A DNA stretch of 32,000 bases from positions 1,136,761 to 1,168,760 of the forward strand of contig OY969925.1 of the NCBI GenBank assembly GCA_963704635.1. The letters run 5' to 3'. Shown here piece after piece: positions 9,095 to 18,265 of the stretch. The stretch is from an uncultured Actinomycetes bacterium (lineage in GTDB: Bacteria > Actinomycetota > Thermoleophilia > Solirubrobacterales > 70-9). The notes below the pieces were generated by a model. The model did no database searches. It had not been told where the DNA came from and worked only from the letters and a program-made list of their open reading frames with translations. Numbering within the stretch: the first letter of the stretch is position 1; each line of letters opens with the position of its first letter. Both the position numbers and the translations under genes were made by a program.

Positions 9095-9535
9095 CTAATC
9101 CAGTAGCCCCACCTGGCGCAGGATCGAGACGCTGTCGGAGTAGACGTCCTTGCGCTTGACCAGTCCGCCCTCGAAGGGGATCACGTCGAGGCCGTCCCAC
9201 TCGACCCGGTTGCCGGTCGGCTCGGCGACGAGGTCCCCGCGGCGCATCGTCTGCGTGTGGGTCGCCGAGGCGGTCCATTCCTGCACGACCAGTCCCTCGC
9301 GTAGGAAGAGGCGCCGGGTGCTGAAGGCGATGTCGGGCCAGCTGGTGAAGATCGAGCCGATGTGGGCGCGCGCCGCCTCTCCTTCAGCCGACTCGCCCGC
9401 GGTGTGGTTCTCGAAGACCATGTCGGGCGCGTGCATCGCCATGATCGCGTCGAGGTCGTGCTCGTTCCAGGCGGCGTTGTAGCGGTCGATCGTCTCGCGC
9501 AGCGCCTCGGGTGAGTCCTTGCTCAGGTCGGTCAT
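9095..9535 (-). CDS. SnoaL-like / NTF2-fold protein
   Basis: The 146-aa ORF has the typical N-terminal helix pattern YNAAWNEHDLDAIMAMHAPDMVFENH seen in SnoaL-like polyketide cyclase / ketosteroid isomerase-like domains. Confidence 0.75.
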   Translation of the reverse strand: MTDLSKDSPEALRETIDRYNAAWNEHDLDAIMAMHAPDMVFENHTAGESAEGEAARAHIGSIFTSWPDIAFSTRRLFLREGLVVQEWTASATHTQTMRRGDLVAEPTGNRVEWDGLDVIPFEGGLVKRKDVYSDSVSILRQVGLLD

Positions 9536-9555
9536 CGGGGTTAAGGTCGAACCTA

Positions 9556-9930
9556 ATGGCAGGCAACCACTCGATCAAGCACCGCGACGAGTTCGAGCGG
9601 ATGGAGGGGTCGGGGGACTGCACCTGGCTGCTGGCGCGCAAGGCGCTCGGCACCAAAGCTTTCGGCTACAACCTGGTCGAGATCGCACCCGGTGGTCAGG
9701 TCCCCGAGCACGACGAGTCCGGCAGCGGCCAGGTCGAGCTCTACGTGATCCTCGAGGGAGAGGCGACGATGCGGATCGACGGGGAGGACCACCCGGCGCC
9801 CGCCGGCACCCTCGCCTCGATCGAGCCCGCAGCCGAGCGCACGATCCTCAACCGCTCTGAGGAGACTGTGGTCGCGATGCTGATCGGGGTTCAGCCCGAG
9901 GGCGGCTACGAGCCGATGTCCTGGGCCTGA
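9556..9930 (+). CDS. cupin domain protein
   Basis: The cupin motifs are IAPGGQVPEHDESGSGQVELYVILEG and GTLASIEP. ATG 9556 is preferred over the track start at 9511, which overlaps the divergent gene. Confidence 0.75.
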   Translation: MAGNHSIKHRDEFERMEGSGDCTWLLARKALGTKAFGYNLVEIAPGGQVPEHDESGSGQVELYVILEGEATMRIDGEDHPAPAGTLASIEPAAERTILNRSEETVVAMLIGVQPEGGYEPMSWA

Positions 9931-9973
9931 GCGGCGCCTTTTTCCCGCATAGACCGGAAAACGTCGGATTCGG

Positions 9974-10002
9974 TCGATCGGGCTTCCGGTCGCCCCTATA
10001 AT
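9974..10002 (+). promoter_or_regulatory. candidate promoter upstream of gltB (TCGATC -35, 17-nt spacer, TATAAT -10) flanked by CCGGAAA/TTCCGG repeats
   Basis: A perfect TATAAT lies at 9997-10002 and a weak -35 at 9974-9979. CCGGAAA occurs at 9954-9960 and 10003-10009, and the inverted form TTCCGG at 9984-9989. Confidence 0.3.
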
Positions 10003-10044
10003 CCGGAAACCCGTCAACCCGTCGCGCGCCCGCTCGAAGAAGGC

Positions 10045-13000
10045 GTGGAACCCGGGAGGTACAACTTGAAGGCCCAGTCTGATCGCGGCGCTCGTGTCGA
10101 GCGCTACTCGCCAGAGCGCCCCTACCGGCCACGCGTCTCGCCGCCCAGCGTCGAGGACAAGGACGCCTGCGCTATCTATGCCTCGGTCCGCAAGGACGCG
10201 ACGCCGAGCCACGAGCCGATCGAGCTGGCGATCCCCGCCCTGCAGAAGATGCTCCACCGCGCCGGCAACGTCGACGGCGAGGGCGACGGCTGCGGCCTGC
10301 TGCTGGACATCCCGCGCAAGATCTGGGCCGAGGAGGTCCGCACCGGCGGCCACGACCCCTCGCTGGCGACCGACGACGCCTTCGCCGTCGCCCACGTCTT
10401 CATCGAGCGCTCCCAGGACGTGGAGAAGATCAAGCACGACGCCCGCGAGCTGCTCGCCGAAGGCGGCTTCCGGGTCCTCGCCGAGCGGGTCGGCGTGGTC
10501 GACTCCCCCGCCCTCGGCCCGACCGCGCGCGAGGAGGAGCCGATCTTCTGGCAGCTGGCCGGCCTGGTCCCGGATGCCCAGTCCCGCGACGCGGTCCTCT
10601 TTGAGCTGATGATCACGCTGGAGAAAGAGCTCGGCGTCCACGTCCCCTCCTTCTCCGCCACCACCTGCGTCTACAAGGTGATGGGCGCGCCGAAGGTGCT
10701 CGGCGAGTACTACCCGGACCTGCGCGACCCGCGCTTCGAGACGATCGGCTGCTTCGGTCATAACCGCTACTCGACCAACACCTGGCCCTCGTTCAAGCGG
10801 GTGCAGCCGTTCTCGGTCCTCGGCCACAACGGCGAGATCAACACGATCCAGCAGCTGCGCCAGGAGGCGAAGATGCTGTCGGTCCCGATCCAGCCCGACT
10901 CCTCCGACTCGCAGGACCTCAACCGCACGATCGACACCCTGGTCAGCCGCGAGGGTTTCAGTCTCGCCGAGGCGATGGAGATGGTCGTGCCACCGATCGT
11001 CGAGGAGGTCCGCGGCCTGCCGGAGGATCTCCACGCCTTCTACATGTACCTGCACCAGGCGATGGGCCCGTTCGCCCAGGGCCCGGTCGCGCTGATCGCT
11101 CGCCACACCGACGAGTGCGTCTTCACCGCCGATGCGATGGGCCTGCGCCCGCTCTGGCAGGTCGAGACCGAGGACGACTACGTCTTCAGCTCCGAGCCCG
11201 GCGTCGTCTCGGTTGAACGGATGTGCTCGGAGCCGAAGCCGCTGGCCCCCGGCGAGAAGGCGCTGGTGCTGATCGACCGCGGCGCCCGCCACTCGACCTT
11301 GCACCCGCACGACGAGATGCTGCGGATCGTCCGCGACCGTTGGCTGAAGCGGAACGGGGCCGAGGCGGTCGCCGGCTACGAGCGCGCGCTGGAGACCGGC
11401 GGCCCGCTCGAGGGCGCCGATGTCCCCGGCTACTCCGACGCCGGCCCCGAGGAGCCGGTCAAGGTCGCCGACCGCGTCCTCGCCGGCTTCGGCTGGCAGC
11501 GCGACGACGTCAAACTCGTCCAGCAGATGGCCTCCAACGGGGCTGAGCCGGTCGGCTCACTCGGCTACGACGGGCCGCTGGCGGCGCTCTCGCCCGAGCG
11601 CCAGAACCTCGCCGACTACTTCAAGGAGACGGTCGCCGTCGTCACCAACCCGGCGATCGACCGCGAACGCGAGATGGAGCACTTCTCGACCCGGGCGCTG
11701 TTCGGTCGCCGACCCTCGCTCGACAACGCCGGAGAGGACACCGGCACGGTCGAAACCGGGTTCCCGGTCATCCTCGGCGGCCACCACGGCCTGGCCCCGC
11801 TCTCCGACAAGACCTACCGGCAGATCGCCCGCGAGCACGACACTTACCTGCTCGAGGACCTCTGGGAGGAGTTCGCCGGCCGCAACGATGCCGTCGACAT
11901 CTCCCTGCTGGAGTCGGAGACGACCCGCGGCGCGATCGACCGCGTCAAGCAGGAGGCGGTGAAGAAGGTCCGCAACGGCTGTGAGCTGCTGGTCCTCACC
12001 GACCGCACCGTCTATGACGCCGAGCGGCGCTACCTCGACCCGCATCTGGCGGTCTCGGCGATCGACCAGGCGCTGAAGCAGTTCAAGGTCGAGAAGGGCG
12101 AAACGAACCTGCGGCGCCGCTGCTCGCTGGTCCTGCGCTCGGCCGCGATCCGCAACGTCCACGACGTGATGCTGGCCCTCGGGCTCGGCGCCAACGGCGT
12201 CTGCCCGTACACGATGGTCGAGGTGATCTGCGTCGAGGACTACGAGTCCGACGTCTCCAATCTCTGCGCGGCGCTGCGCAAAGGGATCGAGAAAGTGATC
12301 TCGACGATCGGCATCCACGAGGTGCGCGGCTACGCGCGCCAGTTCAGCTCGATCGGGATCAAGCCGGAGCTGGCGGAGATCTTCCAGACCGATTTCTTCG
12401 CCGCCTCCGAGAAGGCAGGCACCGGCTACGCCGAGCTCGACGAGAGCACCAACGCCCGCGCCCACGCGCTCAGCGGCGACGACGAGGCGGCGAAACCGGC
12501 GAAGACGTTCCGCTTCTACCCGAAGGTCTACAAGGCGGCGATCGCGACCGCGAACGGGTCCGGGACCTACGAGGAATACTCGGAGAAGGTCCGCGACCTG
12601 GAGAAGCAGAAGCCCGATCTCGATGCGCCACATCATGGCGCTGAAGGGCGACCGCCCGGCGATCGATCCCGCCGGCGTCGACGCCGGCGTCGGCCACCAC
12701 GACTACCCGATCGTGATCTCCTCGATGAGCTTCGGCTCGCAGTCCGAGCCGGCTTTCCGCGCCTACGCGGACGCGGCGAAAGCGATCAACGTTCTCTGCA
12801 TCAACGGCGAGGGTGGCGAGATCCGCGACATGTACGGCCAGTACCGGAAATGGCGCGGCCAGCAGGTCGCCTCCGGACGCTTCGGCGTCTCGGCGGAGAT
12901 GCTGAACAGCTCCTACGTCGCCGAGATCAAGATCGGCCAGGGTGCCAAGCCCGGCGAGGGCGGTCACCTGCCCGGCAAGAAGGTCTCCGAGAAGGTCGCC

Positions 13001-14733
13001 GCCGCGCGTAACGCCGCGCCCGGAACCGACCTGATCTCGCCCTCCAACAACCACGACCTCTACTCGATCGAGGACCTGGCCGAGCTGATCGACGAGCTGA
13101 AGACCGTCAACCCCGACGTGCGGGTCTCGGTCAAGGTCCCGGTGGTGCCGAACATCGGCACGATCGGGCTCGGGATCGCCAAGGCCGGCGCCGACATCAT
13201 CACCCTCTCGGGCTTCGAGGGCGGCACCGGCGCGGCGCGCCAGCACGCGCTGCGCCACGTCGGCCTGCCGAGCGACATCGGCACCCGCGCCGTGCACCGG
13301 GCGCTGATGGAGGCCGGGCTGCGCAACCGGGTCGAGATCTGGGCCGACGGCGGCTACCGGACCGGCCACGACATCGTCAAGCTCCACTGCCTCGGCGCCA
13401 ACCGGGTCGGCTTCGGCACCCTGGCGATGGTCAGCCTCGGCTGCACGATCTGCCGCGGCTGCCAGCTCGACACCTGCCACGTCGGAATCGCGACCCAGAT
13501 CGAGACCCCGGCCGAAGCGGAGGCCCACGGGCTGAAGAAGTTCACCCCGCAGGAGGTCGACCGCGCCGCCGAGAGCTGCGCCCGCTTCTTCTCCTCGATG
13601 GGCGAGGAGGTCAAGCAGGTGGTCGCCTCGCTCGGCTACGACCGCGCCCAGGACCTGGTCGGTCGCTACGACCTGCTGGAGCAGGTGGCGGCCAAGGACA
13701 CGATCGACCTGGCGCCGCTGATCACCCCGCTGGAGGAGTTCCTCGACCTCGAACCGCTCGACCTGCCGGTTGAGGAGGAGGCCGAGGCGCGGGCCGAAGC
13801 CGGCCTGGTCATGGCCCGGCCGATCCGGATGGAGGCGAAGGAGGCCTCGAGCCAGATCGCCGCGCTGGCGCCGGAAGTGTGCGCGCGGCGGCACCGTCCG
13901 CAGCCAGTTCCCGCGCGCGACCGACGCCAACGACCGCGTGCTCGGGACCGAGCTGGCGGGAGCGCTGGCCCGCTGGCGGATCTTCGACGGTGGCCCGGAG
14001 GGGGACGAAGGCGACGCCCTCGCCAGCCTCGAGTTCAACGGCGGCTCGGTCGCCGGCCAGGGCCTCGGCGCGTTCAACTCCTACGGGGTCGCGATCCGGA
14101 TCGAGGGCGGTGCCCAGGACGGCGTCGGCAAGACGATGCTGGGCGGGCGGATCTCGATCCTCAAGGGCAAGGGCGCGCGCGGCAAGCGGCTCAACGGCTC
14201 GGTCGGCAAGTCCTTCGCCTACGGCGCGCAGCGCGGCAAGCTCTACGTCCAGGGCAGCGCCGACTCCCGCTTCTGCATCCGCCTCTCCGGGGCGGACGTG
14301 GTGATCGCCGGTGAGCCCGAGGGGCCGATCGACGACAGCCGCGGCTCGCTCGCCAACCGCGCCAACATCAAGGGCTTCGCCTTCGAGTACATGACCAGCG
14401 GCCGCGCCGTCAGTCCTCGGCGACATCGGCCCCTGGGCCTGCGCCGGGATGACCGGCGGCCGCGTCTACGTCCGCCAGAACGCCTTCGGCATCGACCGCG
14501 CGGCGATCGAACACCGCCTCGGCCGCGGCGCCAAAGTCGAACTCAAAGACCTCGACGCCGAGGCCCTGATCGACATCGACGACCTCTTCGGCGGCTACGC
14601 CAAGGAGCTCCGCGCCACCGACCAGAACGAGGAGGCCGACCGCGTCCTCGACCTGGCCGCCGACGCGACCAGCAACTTCCTGATGATCGTCCCGCTCAAG
14701 GTCCAGGCCGACCCGAGCATCAGCACCGAGTGA
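10045..14733 (+). pseudogene. gltB: glutamate synthase large subunit (GATase-2, central, FMN and GXGXG domains), with three frame changes as given
   Basis: Evidence for each domain:
- Amidotransferase: CAIYAS, GHNRYSTNTWPSFKRVQPF, GHNGEINT.
- Central domain: present between the amidotransferase and FMN domains.
- FMN domain: SSMSFGSQSEPA, IKIGQGAKPGEGGHLPG, ISPSNNHDLYSIEDL, and the Cys cluster CRGCQLDTC.
- GXGXG domain: GGSVAGQGLGAF and the following residues.

The frame changes lie near 12611-12614 (CCC run), near 13875-13890, and near 14412 (extra A). The likely start is TTG 10066, preceded by GGGAGG, or GTG 10045. Confidence 0.88.
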
Positions 14734-14773
14734 GTTAGGGGGGCGGCGAGTTGCAGCGGCCGCCTCGAGAGGG

Positions 14774-17017
14774 TTGACGAGAGAGGCAAATCCGCCTGGG
14801 GAAGGACCCGTGCTGCATGGTCCGGGGGCAGGGTGGCTGCCGGCGCCGCAGGAGGACCGCCCGGCTCCCGTCTGGACCAACGGCAGGGCATTCCCCGCGG
14901 TCTGGCGGGACTCGCTCAGCTTCGGCATGGGGGGCGTGCTGAAGCCCCCGACGCAGTTCCCCAACGCTGGGCCCGGTCCATGGAACCACCGGCCGCCGCC
15001 CGGCTCCGACTCCGACATCGAACAGGCCATCGGCGCCAAGGTCCACCTCAGCCAGCGGATCCTGCCCCTGCTGGGCGTCGCGGAGCTGGTGAGGATCGAG
15101 CCCGAGAAGGCGACCTCGGTCCCGGACTTTGCCGACCCCGACGAGGAGGCCCTGTACTCGGCTGAGGCGCGCCTGCCTCACTCGCCGCTATTCCTCGACT
15201 TGGAGGCGATCGACGGTAGCCCCGTCGCCTGGACCCAGGAGACGTGGCCCCTGCCCTTTTTCCTCCGCGGGGCCCTCTGCTGGCAGCAGGAAGAGATGCT
15301 CAGCGTGATTCCGTTCGGCAGCGTTGGCAGCACCCACCCTTGGGGAGGCACCGATTACCAGGCCTGGGGGCGGTGGGTCTTCCTGCAGGGGCACTCGGCC
15401 GACTGGCCCAGGCTGGGGCAGGGCGACTTCATCGCCCGCGCCAACGGCGAGGTGCGCTCCTGGGTCGACGCCGAGTCCGAATCGGTCTGCGCCCACATGG
15501 GCAGCGTCACCCACAACCTCTGCCGTCGGATCCTCGCGGTGCTGCTGTGCCTCGAGGCGTTCGAGGTGGAGCTCGTCCCCGAGGCGGCAAGTCGCCAGGT
15601 GCGACGTCGGGCCGAACGCAAGAAGGAACGGATTGGATTTGTTCCGGCGCGCTGGCCGATCCCTCTTTTTGAGGGTGGTTCCGAGGCAGCCCCTACGCCG
15701 GCCAGCACTGGTAATGAGCCGCAGACCTTCGCGCCCGAGGAGGCCTGCCCGATCCCGAAGGCCCATGCCCGCTTGAACCAATGCCACCTGCTGTGGCATG
15801 AGGCGCTCGAGGCCTACGCGGACCCGGACCGCTTCGTCAGCCACCTCAACGCGACGATCCAGGGCCTTCGCAACGTCACCTGGGTTTTGCAGAAGGAACT
15901 GCGGCACAGCGAGGGCTTCGACGAGTGGTATGCCGAGTGGCAGGAGAAGATGGCGGCCGACGCCCGCATGAAATGGCTGATCAGCGCCCGGAACCAGATC
16001 GAGAAGCAGGGGGACCTCGACGCTTCCTCGGTCGCCCGGGTGCGAGTAATCGGCAGCTGGCTGCGGGGGCCGGCGCTGAAGATGGAGGTCGAGCCGACGC
16101 TTGAGGCCCATGAGATCGCCCGTCGGACCCAGATCCGGGGGCTACCGAGCCGGGTCCGGCAGGAGGGGGTGCTCGAGGTCGAGCGGCGTTGGACGGTGGA
16201 GGAGTTCGCCGGCGACGAGATCCTTGACGTTCTCGCCCACTGCTACGGGGTCCTGAGCAAGCTGCTGGTCGCTGCCCACCGGCGCTGGGGGGATCACGAG
16301 GATTCCTGTGCTCTGGACGCCGGAGGGGTCTGCGAGGGCGCGCCGACAAATCCTCATCCGAGCGGTCGTATCCCCTGCATGGTCGCGGGTCGCAGTGCCC
16401 GGACCGTCCGCCGCGACCTCGCCTCCGGGGCATTGGTCGAGATGGAGGTACAGCGACTCCGGGGTCCCGAGATCGATCCGGCCGAGATGATCGAGAGGTA
16501 CGGCCCGGAGCCGACCCCGGCGGACCTGTCTGACGAGGAGGGGGTTTTCGGCGCTGCCGAGATGTTCCACAAGCTCGGAAGGAGGTTCTTCCTCGCCGAC
16601 GGCTACCTGGTCACCGTCGCCTGGCTGTTACGGGACGGGCAGATTCTGCGCCAGATCTCGATGGAACCCGAGGATCAGCGGGAGAAGTACCTCAGTATCG
16701 AGTCGCTGGCCGAGCAGGTGGAGAGGCTGGGCGCCGAGGAGGTCGTCTTCACCACCGAGCTCTGGGAGGCGCCGGCGGTGGAGAAGGGCGATCGCCGGGT
16801 CGCTCTGCGTCCTTCCGAGCGTGAGGACCGGAGCGAGGCGCTGGCGACCTACGCGCTGAAGCGGACCGGCGAATTCCGACTCTGGCATTCGAAAGTCGAG
16901 CGCAGTGGAGATTCGGTGAGCCTGGGCGAGATGACGGTCTCCGAGGATGGCGCCGCCAACGCCGCCATCTTCCTCGCCCCGGTCTTGGCGGTCTGGAAGG
17001 GCTGGGAGCGGGGCTAG
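14774..17017 (+). CDS. large hypothetical protein, no recognised domain (start uncertain, 14774-15090)
   Basis: The ORF of up to 747 aa is uninterrupted, and its sequence is non-repetitive and mixed-charge after the first 80 or so residues. The antisense ORF 15188-16111 is Arg/Pro-rich junk. Spot GC counts of 58-63% are lower than in the neighbours. Confidence 0.6.
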   Translation: MTREANPPGEGPVLHGPGAGWLPAPQEDRPAPVWTNGRAFPAVWRDSLSFGMGGVLKPPTQFPNAGPGPWNHRPPPGSDSDIEQAIGAKVHLSQRILPLLGVAELVRIEPEKATSVPDFADPDEEALYSAEARLPHSPLFLDLEAIDGSPVAWTQETWPLPFFLRGALCWQQEEMLSVIPFGSVGSTHPWGGTDYQAWGRWVFLQGHSADWPRLGQGDFIARANGEVRSWVDAESESVCAHMGSVTHNLCRRILAVLLCLEAFEVELVPEAASRQVRRRAERKKERIGFVPARWPIPLFEGGSEAAPTPASTGNEPQTFAPEEACPIPKAHARLNQCHLLWHEALEAYADPDRFVSHLNATIQGLRNVTWVLQKELRHSEGFDEWYAEWQEKMAADARMKWLISARNQIEKQGDLDASSVARVRVIGSWLRGPALKMEVEPTLEAHEIARRTQIRGLPSRVRQEGVLEVERRWTVEEFAGDEILDVLAHCYGVLSKLLVAAHRRWGDHEDSCALDAGGVCEGAPTNPHPSGRIPCMVAGRSARTVRRDLASGALVEMEVQRLRGPEIDPAEMIERYGPEPTPADLSDEEGVFGAAEMFHKLGRRFFLADGYLVTVAWLLRDGQILRQISMEPEDQREKYLSIESLAEQVERLGAEEVVFTTELWEAPAVEKGDRRVALRPSEREDRSEALATYALKRTGEFRLWHSKVERSGDSVSLGEMTVSEDGAANAAIFLAPVLAVWKGWERG

Positions 17018-17487
17018 AAGCTGTCGGCTGCCGGGTTGCCCTCCAGCCGATCGGCGATCTCTCGCACCTCACCGAGCAGGCCGTCGAGCATCTGCTCGGT
17101 GTCGGAGTGGATGCGCCACTCGGCGTGGCGGCGCTCCTCGGTCAGGTCGTCGAGGCGCTGCTCGAGGGTGGAGGTGCGGTCCTCCAGGCGGCCTACCCGG
17201 CGGTCGGTGCGCTTTTGGGATTTCTTGATCCGGGTTTTGACGTAGCGGCGGACGTCCTCGTGGGCGGTGTCGATCTCGCGGCGGAGGTCCCTTTGGATCA
17301 GCTCCAGTTCGCTGCGGAGGTCGTCGTTGAGGGGCGCGTCCTGTTCGTCGAGCATCTGCTCGACACCGCGGCGGACGCGTTCGATCTCGGTGTGGAGCTC
17401 GGCGCGGGCGCGCTCGGCCGAGGCCGAGATCGACTCATCGCCGCCCGTAGGGCGGCCAGGGTCATCCGAGAGGGGCGCAGCGTTCAC
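17014..17487 (-). CDS. coiled-coil protein, unknown function
   Basis: The 157-aa ORF is very rich in E/R/D/L with a heptad-like pattern (ELHTEIERVRRGVEQMLDE, TSTLEQRLDDLTEERR). It has a GTG start, and its stop overlaps the stop of the convergent 747-aa ORF. Confidence 0.55.
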   Translation of the reverse strand: MNAAPLSDDPGRPTGGDESISASAERARAELHTEIERVRRGVEQMLDEQDAPLNDDLRSELELIQRDLRREIDTAHEDVRRYVKTRIKKSQKRTDRRVGRLEDRTSTLEQRLDDLTEERRHAEWRIHSDTEQMLDGLLGEVREIADRLEGNPAADSF

Positions 17488-17586
17488 CGGGCCGAATCGT
17501 AGGGCCGGGGGTGGCGGGAAAATGGGGGCCGGGCGCAGCGAGTCTGCGTCAGGCGTCGCTATTCGACGCTTCTCGCGGACTCGCGA

Positions 17587-18159
17587 TCAGGTCTGCAGGA
17601 GGTAGAGCCGGTAGCGGCCGATCGTCAGCTCGTCGCCCGCCTCCAGCTCGGCGTAGTCGACCTTGCGGCCGTTGACCAACAGTCCGTTGAGGCTGCGGTC
17701 GTCGAGCACCCGCGGCCGCTCGCCGTCGGTGGCGAGCATCGCGTGGCGACGGGAGACGCTTGGGTCGTCGAGGCAGACGTCGGCCGTCTCGCAGCGGCCG
17801 ATCCTGGTCCAGTTCTCTCCCAGGGGGAAAGAGACGATCGCCTCGCCCTCGCGCATCACCAGGTGGTGGCCGGGTGCTGCAAGGCCCTCCCTGGCCCTCG
17901 CGAGCCAATCGGGAGCCTCCCGCTGAGCGCTGAGGGTGAATTCCGTCGTCGGCGAGCCGTGGTCCTGCAGCGAAGAGAAGATCGAGTCGCGGCGGAAACG
18001 GCCGGCGCCGCAGTAGGCGCACTCGGGCAACTCGTCGGTCTCATGCAGAGAGAGCTGGGTGCCGCAGACGAGGCAAAAATAAGTGCCCTCACCGGGCATG
18101 GAGCCGCTGACGATCGCCTCGCCGGCTGGACTGGTGGCGCTATCAAAGATGGACAACAA
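17587..18159 (-). CDS. zinc-ribbon + FHA domain protein
   Basis: The N-terminus has the zinc-ribbon pattern CLVCG...CAYCG. The C-terminal FHA signature reads TRIGRCETADVCLDDPSVSRRHAML...DDRSLNGLLVNG...L..GDELTIGRYRL. Confidence 0.85.
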   Translation of the reverse strand: MLSIFDSATSPAGEAIVSGSMPGEGTYFCLVCGTQLSLHETDELPECAYCGAGRFRRDSIFSSLQDHGSPTTEFTLSAQREAPDWLARAREGLAAPGHHLVMREGEAIVSFPLGENWTRIGRCETADVCLDDPSVSRRHAMLATDGERPRVLDDRSLNGLLVNGRKVDYAELEAGDELTIGRYRLYLLQT

Positions 18160-18265
18160 CTCCTTCCCGACTGGTCATCCCACCCTACTCTCGCTTCGGC
18201 GCCCTGTCACTCAAAATCCCCAGCGCGGTCGCGCCGGGGCCCCGGCATCTAGAATCGGCGCCCCG

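Noticed and set aside
15770-16010. A possible HEPN-type nuclease motif in the 747-aa ORF (RNVTWVLQKELRH and ARNQIEKQG).
   Set aside because: Neither stretch fits R-x4-6-H: there is no His within range after RNQIEK, and the spacing in RNVTW...RH is too long. I kept it only as a weak resemblance to be tested by profile search.
17014-17017. Overlapping convergent stop codons at CTAG here and at TTAG (24321-24324, between xseB and addA), considered as a possible regulatory feature.
   Set aside because: Tail-to-tail overlaps of a few nucleotides are common in compact high-GC genomes, and nothing further supports a special role.
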